NCBI GenBank assembly: GCA_934271465.1
Contig: CAKQRQ010000007.1
Location: forward strand, 14,858-78,857
Length of the DNA stretch: 64,000 bases
Source: an uncultured Alphaproteobacteria bacterium
Lineage (GTDB): Bacteria; Pseudomonadota; Alphaproteobacteria; RF32; CAG-239
Direction of reading: 5' to 3'
This document shows positions 27,389-37,055 of this stretch, in pieces. Within the stretch, counting starts at the first letter, position 1. Every line of letters begins with the position of its first letter. A model generated the notes under the pieces. The model saw nothing but the letters and a program-made list of their open reading frames with translations. It did not search any database and was not told the origin of the DNA. Made by a program: the position numbers and the translations under genes.

Positions 27389-29275
27389 TCATTCAAATTC
27401 ACAACTACACCGACCGGATTTTTGAAGTGGTGGAACAATTTCGTTGATTTGCGTTATGCGCTGATAAGGTGCTAATGCCCACCTTATCTTTTGTGTCGTA
27501 TTACCGTAAGGATTTTCCGGATCAAAATTATCAGCCTTGTCCGTAGAGCTGAATGTCAAATCTCGCAACCCGATAATCTTAACCGTTTTACCGTCCTCTG
27601 AAACAGCAAAAACAATTCCGGCGGGCGTTCTGCTTCCGTCATACTTATCTGCCGAACCATAGGACTTATCCGTATACATCACGTCACCGATTTTAGGAAA
27701 TTCAGCCAATTGAGGGACATTTTGAACGATCAAAGCCACGCGGACATAGGCTGTTCCATGTTTCCATAGTTGCGGGTTTTCTCCCCATTTCAAATTTATC
27801 AATTTAATATAGTTAGAACCATCATAAGTTGTAAAATAAAGATGACTAGGCGTTGACTTATCCAAATCAAACGGTTGAGCTATTTCGCTGTCTGCAGCCT
27901 GTAATATACTCAATGAATTATTAATCCATGAAATATTGTTTCCAACCATTCCTTTTGTAAAACTCGTCATTTTAACTTTATTCGCGCCATAAATATCTGC
28001 CCATTCGCCGATGGCTGGAATATACCACTTTCCCTGTCCGAAATCTCCTGTCTTCTTCCCGACATAAAATTGGCTTGCAGCATAGGGCACAAGAGCATTT
28101 TTACCGATTTTTTCAACATTAAGATAAGTTACCCCATACCCATCATACAATTCTTTGGCATCCAGACACAATTCCTGACAATTTCCCAAAACACATTGCC
28201 CGCTTCCCAATTCATATCCTTCTACACAAGTTTTGCAGGAACAATCGTCATTATACGTCACGCAATTTTGTTGATAACACTGATCAAATTCACACGGACA
28301 GCCGCATGCCGATAAGAATCCGCCAATAAACTCCGACACATTCCACGCCAAAACACCGTCAACCATTCCGCCTCCATTGCGCCAACTTGTGACTTTTGAA
28401 GCTCCACCATACGGATTATCCATATCAAAATTATTAAGTGTATTATAATGACTAAAAGTCAAATTTCTTAATCCGATAAATTTAACATCTTTACCGCTGT
28501 CGGATACTGCAAAGATAATCCCGATAGGCGTTTTAGAGCTGTTATAAGCATCCGCCGAGCTAAAAATTTTATCCAAATATATCACATCGCCGATTTTAGG
28601 TTTTGTATCAACGATAGACAAGCCGCTCACACCTGAAACAACTCGCATATACCTTCCGTGCTCAAAGCTCCATTCCATTGAACGACGTCCTGTTTCGGGA
28701 TAAAATAACCATGTTCTTTGGCTGTCATTCAATGTTGATGACCAATACCCGCCAGTTTCCCATTCATCAGCTGCGGCGCCTTTGCTCTGCAGTGCCGAAA
28801 TAGAGCTATTAATCAGAGCTATATTTTCGCCGATTGCGCCTGATTTCTCCATTGCCGCTGTCATTTTATTAACATCTGTTCCATACAAATCCATCCATTC
28901 TCCGATAGACGGCAGCCACCATTTGCCTTGACCGAAATCCCCGCCTTTGTCGCCGATATAAAACAGGCTTGCCGCATAGGGTGCTAACATTCGGCTGCCC
29001 CAGCTTTCAACATACAACTTCGTATTGATTTCGCCATTATACAAAGACGATGTATCTTTGCACCTGCCTTTGCAATTCAAATCCCCGCAGAAAACAGTAT
29101 TATCATCTTTGATATTAAATGGGCAGGGAAGGACATCTTTTTCAAAACATGTGCATTGTTTACGCGTCTGAACATAGCCTAATTCTTCACAACTCGGTTT
29201 TTGCAAACAATCGGTTGAAGCGTAAGTGTTTGAAATTACACAAAATAAAAAAAGTAAAATAAAACCATATTTCAT
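27389..29275 (-). CDS. Secreted Cys-rich surface protein, paralog 2. It has a signal peptide and a Cys-rich N-module, then two tandem [DUF1566/Lcl-like W-x-[LI]-P-[SA]-I-G-E-W + KIGDV[MI]Y...FAVS[ED][DS]G] units separated by a Cys-rich EGF-like linker. I moved the start to MKYGFILLF.
   Basis: The N-terminal 70 aa are near-identical to paralog 1 (STDCLQ[KR]PSC[AE]ELGY...CPFNIKDDNTVFCGDL). GDFGQGKW[WY][LI]P[SA]IGEW occurs twice. PKIGDV[IM]Y.DK...G[IV][IV]FAVS[DE][SD]GK[DT]VK[FI]IGLR[ND]LTFS occurs twice. An RBS (aagggg) lies before the second Met. Confidence 0.7.
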   Translation of the reverse strand: MKYGFILLFLFCVISNTYASTDCLQKPSCEELGYVQTRKQCTCFEKDVLPCPFNIKDDNTVFCGDLNCKGRCKDTSSLYNGEINTKLYVESWGSRMLAPYAASLFYIGDKGGDFGQGKWWLPSIGEWMDLYGTDVNKMTAAMEKSGAIGENIALINSSISALQSKGAAADEWETGGYWSSTLNDSQRTWLFYPETGRRSMEWSFEHGRYMRVVSGVSGLSIVDTKPKIGDVIYLDKIFSSADAYNSSKTPIGIIFAVSDSGKDVKFIGLRNLTFSHYNTLNNFDMDNPYGGASKVTSWRNGGGMVDGVLAWNVSEFIGGFLSACGCPCEFDQCYQQNCVTYNDDCSCKTCVEGYELGSGQCVLGNCQELCLDAKELYDGYGVTYLNVEKIGKNALVPYAASQFYVGKKTGDFGQGKWYIPAIGEWADIYGANKVKMTSFTKGMVGNNISWINNSLSILQAADSEIAQPFDLDKSTPSHLYFTTYDGSNYIKLINLKWGENPQLWKHGTAYVRVALIVQNVPQLAEFPKIGDVMYTDKSYGSADKYDGSRTPAGIVFAVSEDGKTVKIIGLRDLTFSSTDKADNFDPENPYGNTTQKIRWALAPYQRITQINEIVPPLQKSGRCSCEFE

Positions 29276-29490
29276 GAGATAAGCCCCTTGGTTGACGCAT
29301 CGTTTATAGCGTTTAAACCAACGTTTAAACGCTATAGTCATGTACAAGGGATTTTGAAAAATGCACTTTTTAAGAGAATTGATAACGCATTGAAAAATAA
29401 TAAAAAATTAAAATTATTGCTTTTTTAATAATTGGCTGGTATACTCAAAACAATAGAGCGTTTAAACGTTGGTTTAAACGCTCTATTGCG
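29276..29490. promoter_or_regulatory. Candidate invertible promoter element, copy 2, about 90% identical to 19234..19450
   Basis: Site a is ATAGCGTTTAAA-CCAACG-TTTAAACGCTAT and site b is AGAGCGTTTAAA-CGTTGG-TTTAAACGCTCT. Between them on the + strand is TTGCTT-17-TGgTATACT, again pointing away from the minus-strand gene. Confidence 0.55.
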
Positions 29491-29513
29491 TTTTGTTGAT
29501 TTTCAATCACTTA

Positions 29514-29558
29514 AACAAAAAAGCCTCCGAAGACAACCATCAACGGAGGCTTTTTATT
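29514..29558. terminator. Bidirectional rho-independent terminator downstream of mscL
   Basis: An A run, then AGCCTCCGaagacaaccatcaacGGAGGCT, then a T run. Confidence 0.55.
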
Positions 29559-29571
29559 ATGAGCAAAGATA

Positions 29572-30063
29572 TTATTTCTTTTTACCTTTTTCCTCGGACA
29601 ATTCCGATGTGCAATGCGGGCAACGCGTTGCATTCAACGGAATTTCAGAACAGCAATAAGGACAAATTTTTGTTGTTTTAATAATCTCTTTTTCCTCTTT
29701 TTTATCCATTTTGGCCTGTAATTCATTAATGGCTTTAATCAAAATGAATACGGCAAAAGCCACAATCAAAAAGCTGATAACGGCATTGACAAACAAACCG
29801 ATATTCAAAGTCACAGCCCCCGCTGTTTGCGCCGCAGACAAAGAATTATACGGAGCCGGCGTTGCGCCGTCTTTCAAAACCAAGAACAGATTTGTAAAAT
29901 CGACCTTTCCGAGGAGCAAGCCTATCGGCGGCATAATGATATCTTTAACCAAAGAATCGACAATTTTTCCAAACGCAGCCCCGATGATGATACCGACAGC
30001 CATGTCGATGACATTTCCGCGCATTGCAAATTTTTTGAATTCATTCGCTAAATTTTTAAACAT
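29572..30063 (-). CDS. mscL: Large-conductance mechanosensitive channel MscL with a C-terminal C4 zinc-ribbon extension. I moved the start to MFKNLANEF.
   Basis: [24 protein letters not shown]...IIMPPIGLL is the MscL TM1 and periplasmic-loop signature. The C-terminus [18 protein letters not shown] has a CxxC-N11-CxxC arrangement. Confidence 0.8.
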   Translation of the reverse strand: MFKNLANEFKKFAMRGNVIDMAVGIIIGAAFGKIVDSLVKDIIMPPIGLLLGKVDFTNLFLVLKDGATPAPYNSLSAAQTAGAVTLNIGLFVNAVISFLIVAFAVFILIKAINELQAKMDKKEEKEIIKTTKICPYCCSEIPLNATRCPHCTSELSEEKGKKK

Positions 30064-30123
30064 CTTTCCTCCAAAAACAAAAATCGCGCTATCCTCAAAA
30101 GACAGCGCGACCATTTTTCTTAA

Positions 30124-30654
30124 TTACATTTTCTCGACTTGAGAATATTCCAATTCCACCGGAGTCGAACGACCAAAGATGGAAACAGCAACCTTCAAGC
30201 GGGCTTTTTCAACATCAATCTCTTCAACCAACCCGACAAAAGACGCAAATGGACCATCGCAAACACGGACTTGCTCACCGATTTCAAAATTGACAACCTC
30301 ACGCGGACGTTCAATACCCTCCTTCATCTGGGTAATAATCCGCTGAGCCTCAGCCTCTGTAATCGGATAAGGCTTATTACGCGATCCCAAAAATCCGCTG
30401 ACATTCGGATTGTTTTTAATCAAATGCCAAGCTTCATCAGACATAATCATCTTAATCAGAATATATCCAGGGAAAAACTTGCGCTCACTTGTAACTTTGG
30501 TGCCTTTTTTAACTTCAACGACTTCTTCCGTCGGAATCATAATATCAAAAATGCGGTCTTCCCATTTTTTTAAAACAACCTGTTCTCTGATTGACTGCGC
30601 AACTTTTTTCTCGCAGCCCGAGTGAACATTAACAACATACCAACGAGCGTCCAT
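30124..30654 (-). CDS. nusG: Transcription termination/antitermination factor NusG
   Basis: It has an NGN domain (WYVVNVHSGCEKKV) and a KOW motif (GEQVRVCDGPFASFVGLVEEID). It sits immediately downstream of secE. Confidence 0.9.
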   Translation of the reverse strand: MDARWYVVNVHSGCEKKVAQSIREQVVLKKWEDRIFDIMIPTEEVVEVKKGTKVTSERKFFPGYILIKMIMSDEAWHLIKNNPNVSGFLGSRNKPYPITEAEAQRIITQMKEGIERPREVVNFEIGEQVRVCDGPFASFVGLVEEIDVEKARLKVAVSIFGRSTPVELEYSQVEKM

Positions 30655-30659
30655 CTAAT

Positions 30660-30884
30660 CTATACTCCGAATGAAAATATCGTTTTAACAATCCAGCCCA
30701 ATACTTGATCAACAATAAAAAAGAATGTCGCGGCAATGGCCACGATAATAACAACCATAACCAAACTTTGCATAACTTCTTTTTTGGTCGGCCAAGTAAC
30801 TTTTTTAACTTCTTGTTTAACCTGACGGAAAAACTGTAACGGACTGATCTTTGCCATAGATATTACCTTTAAACAATTAAACAA
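30660..30884 (-). CDS. secE: Preprotein translocase subunit SecE
   Basis: It is 74 aa with a single C-terminal TM helix. The sequence FFRQVKQEVKKVTWPTKKE is SecE-like. The order tRNA-Trp-secE-nusG is conserved. Confidence 0.8.
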   Translation of the reverse strand: MFNCLKVISMAKISPLQFFRQVKQEVKKVTWPTKKEVMQSLVMVVIIVAIAATFFFIVDQVLGWIVKTIFSFGV

Positions 30885-30887
30885 AAG

Positions 30888-30963
30888 TGGCAGGGGCAGT
30901 AAGATTCGAACTCACGACACCCGGTTTTGGAGACCGGTGCTCTACCAACTGAGCTATACCCCT
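30888..30963 (-). tRNA. tRNA-Trp (CCA)
   Basis: The reverse complement is AGGGGTATAGCTCAGTTGGTAGAGCACCGGTCTCCAAAACCGGGTGTCGTGAGTTCGAATCTTACTGCCCCTGCCA. The anticodon loop is CTCCAAA (CCA). Confidence 0.88.
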
Positions 30964-31042
30964 AAAAAGACGCAGTCTGTTTTTCAAGACTGCATAGAAA
31001 CTAATACATAAGATTCCGCAATAAATCAAGTATTTTTTTCAA

Positions 31043-31927
31043 CTATTTGTCAATTTGTTTCAAAGTGCATTTTGTCGCATCTAACCGATACTTAACTCCA
31101 CAGGTCAAAACAAGCCTTTTCTTAAAATGTCCGTAGTTAAACGACTTAATTATCGGCACACTGACCTGCGCCGCAAAGTCCTCAACCACACTTTCGACAC
31201 TCCCGTGTGTCGCATGATCTTTGCATTGGCTGAACCGCCCAAATACAATTCCCTTAACACCTTTGAAAGTTGGATTATATTTCAGCTGCGTCAACATCAG
31301 TTTGAGTTTATACGAAACCTCGCACTCGTCTTCAAGGAGCAAAATTTTACCCGTCAAATCCGGATAATATGACGTGCCGGACAAATCCGACAAGGTCGAC
31401 ATATTTCCGCCGATAAGCACGCCTTCTACCGCCCCCTCATGCACACAAGTTCCCGACTTTGCTTCAAACTTTTGTCCTGACAGAGCCGCTTTCAACCATT
31501 TATCAACTGTCGGATTAATCCGCCCGCCTCTAAAATCATACTCGGGCAAAAATCCCGTCACATACGGATTGCCTGTTTTGGCAAACACCCCAAGCTGCAG
31601 CGATGTCGTATCCGAAAAACCGATAATCGGCTTGTTGTGTTTTTGAATAACACCATAATCCAAATATTCCAAAGTCCTCAAGGCCGACGCCCCGCCATGC
31701 AAAGCAACAAGCGCATCTATGCTTTTGTCCTCATAGGCTTTCATAATATCCTCGGCTTTGTTTTTTGCCTGAAAGGTCTCAAGAGCGCGTCCCCGATATG
31801 CCGAGGGCATCACAACAACTTCTATCCCCATTGACTCAAAGTAGGGCTTCCACAAAGCCTCGTTAAAATCCCTGTCGGACAACATCACCGACGGAGACAC
31901 GATTGCAATTTTTTTGACAGGTTTCAT
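31043..31927 (-). CDS. ldcA: LD-carboxypeptidase (muramoyltetrapeptide carboxypeptidase, S66 family)
   Basis: Its length and the conserved S66 blocks (IAIVSPS, GFSDTTSL, the GxxH region YGHFKK) support the call. Confidence 0.7.
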   Translation of the reverse strand: MKPVKKIAIVSPSVMLSDRDFNEALWKPYFESMGIEVVVMPSAYRGRALETFQAKNKAEDIMKAYEDKSIDALVALHGGASALRTLEYLDYGVIQKHNKPIIGFSDTTSLQLGVFAKTGNPYVTGFLPEYDFRGGRINPTVDKWLKAALSGQKFEAKSGTCVHEGAVEGVLIGGNMSTLSDLSGTSYYPDLTGKILLLEDECEVSYKLKLMLTQLKYNPTFKGVKGIVFGRFSQCKDHATHGSVESVVEDFAAQVSVPIIKSFNYGHFKKRLVLTCGVKYRLDATKCTLKQIDK

Positions 31928-31936
31928 AAAGCTCTC

Positions 31937-32890
31937 CTAGCGCACCGATTGATCAATCGGGTTAAACCTCAATTTCAACACACGCCATTCATCATATTTT
32001 TCGGCATATCTTTCGGACAAAATCGTATAGGGCGCGCAGATATAAACCGCCCTGACCGCGCTGTCGGCAACCGACTTAAAGTGCGGATCGCTGTTATAAC
32101 GCGACTTATCCATTACCTCAACCTTAATCGGCTTGCCTTCCTGATTCAGCTGCGCCTTAATTTCAACAATCATATCTTCAATGCCCATTGCCCCCGGATC
32201 CAAATTCCAGCAGGCTCTTAATTTTCCGGCCAACGCATCCATTTCCGAGATAGATAACTCGCTGAAATACGATCCGCCGATACCGCCTTCAACACCCATA
32301 TTGGTAACGGAGGTTCCTTCTTTAATTGTGGCGGTTTCGGACTTTTCGCCCTCTTTTTCCAACGCGTCAACACTGGCTAACAGGCTTTTGAGCGGATTAG
32401 CCAATTTGGGCTCTTCCGGCTTGGCCGGTTTGGCCTTGTCATTCTTAACAGGCTTCTTTTGCGGCGGTGTCGCAGGCTTTTTAGGTTCCGGCTTTTTAGG
32501 GTGCGGTTTAACGGCAGGCTTCTTGGGCTGAGGCGCTACCAAAAAATCCTTCTTTGGCGGTTCAGGCTTGGCCGCCGGCGGTTCCGGCGCTTTTTCTTCA
32601 ACCTTTTCCTTAACCTCTTCCTTTTGCGGTTCAGGCTCTGCTTTCGGCTCGTCTTTTGTATATTGTTTTTCTATCTTGCGCTTAATCTGGCTGGCGGCCT
32701 TATCCTCTTTGCCCAACTTGGCCTTTGGTGGCAGGTTAGTCATTTCGGAAATTTTAATATCTTTCAAATCGACAATAATCGGCACCTGCGACGGCGGCGT
32801 CCGATGCCACCAGAACATCGGCACATCAATCACCCACAGCAGAAAAACCGCTAAGTGCAAAGCTATCGATTTTTTTAAGGCCACAGACAT
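31937..32890 (-). CDS. tolA: TolA-like protein. It has an N-terminal TM anchor, a Pro/Lys/Glu-rich spacer and a C-terminal TolA/TonB-like domain.
   Basis: Its position after tolQ-tolR fits. A long low-complexity PEPxKKP region and a C-terminal globular domain are present. Confidence 0.7.
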   Translation of the reverse strand: MSVALKKSIALHLAVFLLWVIDVPMFWWHRTPPSQVPIIVDLKDIKISEMTNLPPKAKLGKEDKAASQIKRKIEKQYTKDEPKAEPEPQKEEVKEKVEEKAPEPPAAKPEPPKKDFLVAPQPKKPAVKPHPKKPEPKKPATPPQKKPVKNDKAKPAKPEEPKLANPLKSLLASVDALEKEGEKSETATIKEGTSVTNMGVEGGIGGSYFSELSISEMDALAGKLRACWNLDPGAMGIEDMIVEIKAQLNQEGKPIKVEVMDKSRYNSDPHFKSVADSAVRAVYICAPYTILSERYAEKYDEWRVLKLRFNPIDQSVR

Positions 32891-32896
32891 TGCGCT

Positions 32897-33322
32897 TTAT
32901 TTTTTCCTGTTCGGTTTGGGTTCGGTTTTCAGGCCGACTTTATCAAAACCGGCCTCTTTCAAAATGGCCATCAACCCGATAACACGCCCGTATTCGGCGT
33001 TTGTATCGCCTGAAATGGTCACGCTCAAGGCACTGTTCTGCCCTTTGATGGCATTGAGTTTATCAACAATCTTATCTGCCGGAATTTCGGTCTTTCCGAT
33101 GTAATAATAGCCGTCTTTGTCCACGCTGATATTGATTGAGGTATCCTCGCCTTCCATAGCTTTTCCGCCGACTTTCGGCAAATCAAGAGCAATGCCCGAT
33201 GTCATCAGCGGCGCCGCCACCATAAAGACGACCAGCAAAACCATCATCACATCCATCAGATTGGTAATATTGATGTCCGAGTTCAGCCGATATCGATTCG
33301 ATCTGCGGGAAGACAGCGTCAT
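32897..33322 (-). CDS. tolR: TolR (ExbD/TolR family)
   Basis: The ExbD/TolR signature ITNLMDVMMVLLVVFMV is present. Its size is 141 aa and it lies downstream of tolQ. Confidence 0.85.
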   Translation of the reverse strand: MTLSSRRSNRYRLNSDINITNLMDVMMVLLVVFMVAAPLMTSGIALDLPKVGGKAMEGEDTSINISVDKDGYYYIGKTEIPADKIVDKLNAIKGQNSALSVTISGDTNAEYGRVIGLMAILKEAGFDKVGLKTEPKPNRKK

Positions 33323-33324
33323 GG

Positions 33325-34062
33325 CTATTCTCCCGCCATTTCGGCTCTGATAGCCGTGTCATCGATTTCACGCGACAAAATGGTTGAAAATTCCGACATA
33401 AATGCTTCCAATTTTTTGGCGTATCTATCCAAATCGGAAGAAATTTTGTTATAAGCCACAACCGCCGGAATGGCCGCAATCAAGCCGAATGCCGTTGTAA
33501 ACAAAGCCTCGGCAATACCGGGAGCCATCGCCGACAAAGAGTTGCTTTGGGTCGCCGCAATGGCATTAAAGCTGTTGATGATTCCCCAGACTGTTCCGAA
33601 CAAACCGACCAACGGCGCAACCGACCCTGTCGAGGCCAAAAAGCCAAGCCTTGTTTCCAAAGAATCCAAATCTTTGTCCATAGACACCATCATGGCTTTT
33701 TCAATACGCTGCTGAAGAGATACCCCGCGCAGGCCTCTGTCCGTCTTTGATTTCAAGATATTCGTGCGTTTCCACTCTTTCATAGCCGCCACAAACATAT
33801 TAGCCATCGGCTCATTAGGATTGGCGCCCAGAGAATCATACAGTCTGTCCAACGACCCGCCGGACCAGAATTTTTCCTCAAACTTGGCAGTTTTCTTTTT
33901 GAGCTGGCGCAAAATACCAAATTTTTCAAAAATAATCGCCCATGACCAAACCGATGCAAAAATCAAACCGATTAAAACGACTTTTGTGACCATATCCGAT
34001 GCCCACAACAGCCCCCACATCGACGCATTGCTGGCTACTTCCTGTAAAGCTTCCGTTTCCAT
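33325..34062 (-). CDS. tolQ: TolQ (MotA/TolQ/ExbB family)
   Basis: It has three TM helices and the TolQ/ExbB conserved C-terminal region (APLVGLFGTVWGIINSF). It lies within the ybgC-tolQRA context. Confidence 0.85.
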   Translation of the reverse strand: METEALQEVASNASMWGLLWASDMVTKVVLIGLIFASVWSWAIIFEKFGILRQLKKKTAKFEEKFWSGGSLDRLYDSLGANPNEPMANMFVAAMKEWKRTNILKSKTDRGLRGVSLQQRIEKAMMVSMDKDLDSLETRLGFLASTGSVAPLVGLFGTVWGIINSFNAIAATQSNSLSAMAPGIAEALFTTAFGLIAAIPAVVAYNKISSDLDRYAKKLEAFMSEFSTILSREIDDTAIRAEMAGE

Positions 34063-34186
34063 AAGATAGATTCCTCAAAAATTTAAAATTAATTCCAAAT
34101 ATTTTTTAGCAAACATAGCAAAAAATATTAAAGATTCAATTAATATATCTTTATGTTAACATTTTGATAAATAAAAAAAGACAGTT

Positions 34187-34639
34187 TTAGCACACCATCA
34201 GTTTTTTGACCATCTCCGGCATAATTTTGAGAGGCTTTTTATCTTTAATTGACAAATAAACAGCTTTCAAATCAACCGTTGCTAAAATCTCGCTCTCGCG
34301 CCTGATTTCCTGATGAATCACAATACTGGCGTGTCCCACCTTGACCACCTGACAGCTGACAATCAAATCATCATCCAGCACCGCCGACTTCAGATAATCT
34401 ATCTCACAATGCCTGACAACCCAGCCGACTCTGTCCTCCGATTGAAGGTCTTCTTGCTGATGCCCGCCCAAAAACCGCAAAAATTCACTCCGGCATCTTT
34501 CGGCAAACTTGAGATAATTGGCATAATACACTATTCCCTCGGCATCGGTATCTTCATAATAGACACGCATAGGAAGCAAAAACTCTTTTCCGACCAATTC
34601 GCCCCTCGCCGGCGTCAAAGATTTTATAATCATCAGCAC
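34187..34639 (-). CDS. ybgC: Tol-Pal-associated acyl-CoA thioesterase YbgC (4HBT hot-dog fold)
   Basis: [25 protein letters not shown] matches the 4HBT/YbgC motif. It sits immediately upstream of tolQ. Confidence 0.8.
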   Translation of the reverse strand: MLMIIKSLTPARGELVGKEFLLPMRVYYEDTDAEGIVYYANYLKFAERCRSEFLRFLGGHQQEDLQSEDRVGWVVRHCEIDYLKSAVLDDDLIVSCQVVKVGHASIVIHQEIRRESEILATVDLKAVYLSIKDKKPLKIMPEMVKKLMVC

Positions 34640-35685
34640 CCCTCTAGCAAATCTAATTGCGGATTATATTTGTCCTTTTTAAGGTTTGGCACACCCAAAT
34701 ACTGGCAGCCCAAATCCGAAATCACGCGTCCGCGCGGCGTTCTCTGCAAAAAGCCGAGCTTAAGCAAAAACGGCTCTATGACTTCTTCTATCGTGTCGCG
34801 TTCCTCGGACAACGCCGCCGCCAACGTATCGGCACCAACCGGCCCGCCGCCGTAATTTTTTAAGATGCAATTTAAATATCTGCGGTCAAAGGCGTCCAGC
34901 CCGTAATCATCAACATCAAGCCTTTTCAAGGCACCGTCAGCAATTTTATTATCAATCTCTGCCGCGCCGCATACCGCACCAAAGTCGCGCACGCGTCTGA
35001 GCAGACGGCCGGCCACACGCGGCGTCCCACGGGATCTTTTAGCAATTTCAAGTGCGCCGACATCTGACAAAGGCATATTCAAAAGTCTTGCCCCGCGCTG
35101 AACAATTTTTTTCAAATCTTCCGGCGAATAAAAATCCAACCGCAGCGGAATTCCAAAACGTTCTCTCAACGGCGTGGACAACATTCCCGAACGAGTTGTT
35201 GCCCCTACTAATGTAAAAGGCTGCAAATCGATTCGAACGGATCTGGCCGAGGGACCTTCTCCGATAATCAAATCAAGCTGAAAATCTTCCATTGCCGAAT
35301 ACAAGACCTCTTCAATGGCAGGGTTCAGGCGATGAATTTCATCAATAAACAACACATCATTGCGTTCAAGATTCGTCAAAATGGCGGCCAAATCACCTGA
35401 TTTTGAAATCATCGGCGCCGACGTCGCTCTAAACCCGACCCCGAGCTCTTTTGCCACAATTGAGGCCAATGTTGTTTTGCCAAGCCCCGGAGGGCCAAAC
35501 AGCAATACGTGATCCAGCGCCTCGCCGCGCCCTTTAGCTGCATCAATAAAGACTTTGAGGTTTTCACAAACATTTTTTTGCCCGACAAAATCAGCCAAAC
35601 TCGTCGGCCGCAGATTAACAGGCATTGCCGAATCCGTTTCATCTCCAGTCTGTTCTTTGGGGCTGACTATTCTTTCATCAATCAT
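34633..35685 (-). CDS. ruvB: Holliday junction branch-migration ATPase RuvB
   Basis: It has Walker A ([11 protein letters not shown]), AAA+ sensor motifs and a RuvB C-terminal winged helix. Confidence 0.92.
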   Translation of the reverse strand: MIDERIVSPKEQTGDETDSAMPVNLRPTSLADFVGQKNVCENLKVFIDAAKGRGEALDHVLLFGPPGLGKTTLASIVAKELGVGFRATSAPMISKSGDLAAILTNLERNDVLFIDEIHRLNPAIEEVLYSAMEDFQLDLIIGEGPSARSVRIDLQPFTLVGATTRSGMLSTPLRERFGIPLRLDFYSPEDLKKIVQRGARLLNMPLSDVGALEIAKRSRGTPRVAGRLLRRVRDFGAVCGAAEIDNKIADGALKRLDVDDYGLDAFDRRYLNCILKNYGGGPVGADTLAAALSEERDTIEEVIEPFLLKLGFLQRTPRGRVISDLGCQYLGVPNLKKDKYNPQLDLLEGC

Positions 35686-36346
35686 TGATTAAGTCCTTTT
35701 GCGCAAATTCTCTCAAAGACAAGCGGATTAACGTGCCCATATCGGCATCAGGCGCCTTGACCATAGCCTGATTAACCGCCTTATAAGCCTCAAGCCGCTG
35801 ATAGCCGAGGTTGACCAACGCCGAAATAGCGTCTTCCATTTTATCGGGATCGCCCTGCTGAGCCTCCACAACATCAGCCACGCTTGCCGCATCTTCTTCA
35901 GGTGTCACATTCATTGTCAAATCCTTTGCCATTTCGGTTACGGGAATTGTCACGATTTTATCCTTAAGTTCGGTCACAATGCGCGCCGCCAATTTAGGGC
36001 CGACTCCGCTGGCGCGCGTAAACGAATTTTTATCCTGTGCCGATACCGCCTGAGACAACTGCATTGGCGACAGAACCGACAAGATAGCCAGACAGACTTT
36101 TGCTCCGACACCCTGAACCTTTGTCAAAGTATTAAACCATTCTTTTTCCCAGGCATCATAAAAGCCGAACAAAGAAATACTGTCTTCGCGCACAACCGTC
36201 TCAATCAAGAGCGAAACCTCAACTCCCAACACCAATTTTGAAAGTGTTTTAGCCGAGGCTTGAACCAAATAGCCGACGCCGTGAACATCAACAATACAAT
36301 AGTCTTCGCCCAAACCGTCAACAAAACCGTGCAATTTTGCAATCAT
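35678..36346 (-). CDS. ruvA: Holliday junction DNA helicase RuvA. I moved the start to MIAKLHG, and the ATG at 36344..36346 is confirmed.
   Basis: [28 protein letters not shown] is the RuvA N-terminus. HhH motifs are present ([16 protein letters not shown]...[11 protein letters not shown]). Confidence 0.85.
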   Translation of the reverse strand: MIAKLHGFVDGLGEDYCIVDVHGVGYLVQASAKTLSKLVLGVEVSLLIETVVREDSISLFGFYDAWEKEWFNTLTKVQGVGAKVCLAILSVLSPMQLSQAVSAQDKNSFTRASGVGPKLAARIVTELKDKIVTIPVTEMAKDLTMNVTPEEDAASVADVVEAQQGDPDKMEDAISALVNLGYQRLEAYKAVNQAMVKAPDADMGTLIRLSLREFAQKDLIND

Positions 36347-36502
36347 CAATATAATCCTTAAATTAACAGATATCATTATCCTAAACAAAAAGCTTTTGAG
36401 ACACAAGCCTTTTTTAAAGTTAAAAACAGAACAAACATAGGACAAAATTTTTGTTTGATTTTTTTGCCTCGGCTGATATTCTGGCTTTAGAGGAGAAAAT
36501 AA

Positions 36503-36982
36503 ATGATTAGGATTTTAGGGCTTGACCCAAGTTTGTCTTCAACAGGATGGGGTGTCATAGAGGCCGAAAACAACCGCCTGCGTTATGTGGCGGACGGATT
36601 TATCCCGACCGACGCCAAAACGCCGATTGCCGAACGCTTGGTTCAAATCCACAAAGCCCTTAACGAGGTTATCGAGCTCTACAAACCCGATGAAGCCTCT
36701 ATTGAGCAGGTCTTTATGAACTCAAACGCCGTCTCGACCATCAAGCTCGGCATGGCGCGCGGCGTGATCATCATGGCACCGGCTTTGTATCATATTCCCG
36801 TGACGGAATACGAACCCAACCAAATCAAAAAAGCCGTTGTGGGCGTCGGAAAAGCCGAAAAATCACAAGTTGAAACCATGGTCAAAATTTTGCTCCCCGG
36901 ATGCAAACCCAAAAACAATGATGCGTCCGACGCTCTGGCCATAGCCATTACGCATAATTCATTCCGAAAAACCAGAGGATAA
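36503..36982 (+). CDS. ruvC: Crossover junction endodeoxyribonuclease RuvC
   Basis: ILGLDPSLSSTGWGVIE is the RuvC N-terminal catalytic Asp region. The C-terminus has DASDALAIAITH. Confidence 0.88.
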   Translation: MIRILGLDPSLSSTGWGVIEAENNRLRYVADGFIPTDAKTPIAERLVQIHKALNEVIELYKPDEASIEQVFMNSNAVSTIKLGMARGVIIMAPALYHIPVTEYEPNQIKKAVVGVGKAEKSQVETMVKILLPGCKPKNNDASDALAIAITHNSFRKTRG

Positions 36983-37055
36983 GAAGAAGATTAGCTCTTT
37001 GCTCGCCAGCACTAAGAAGTAGTCAATTAAGCCCGAATATGACTGTGGAGAATTT

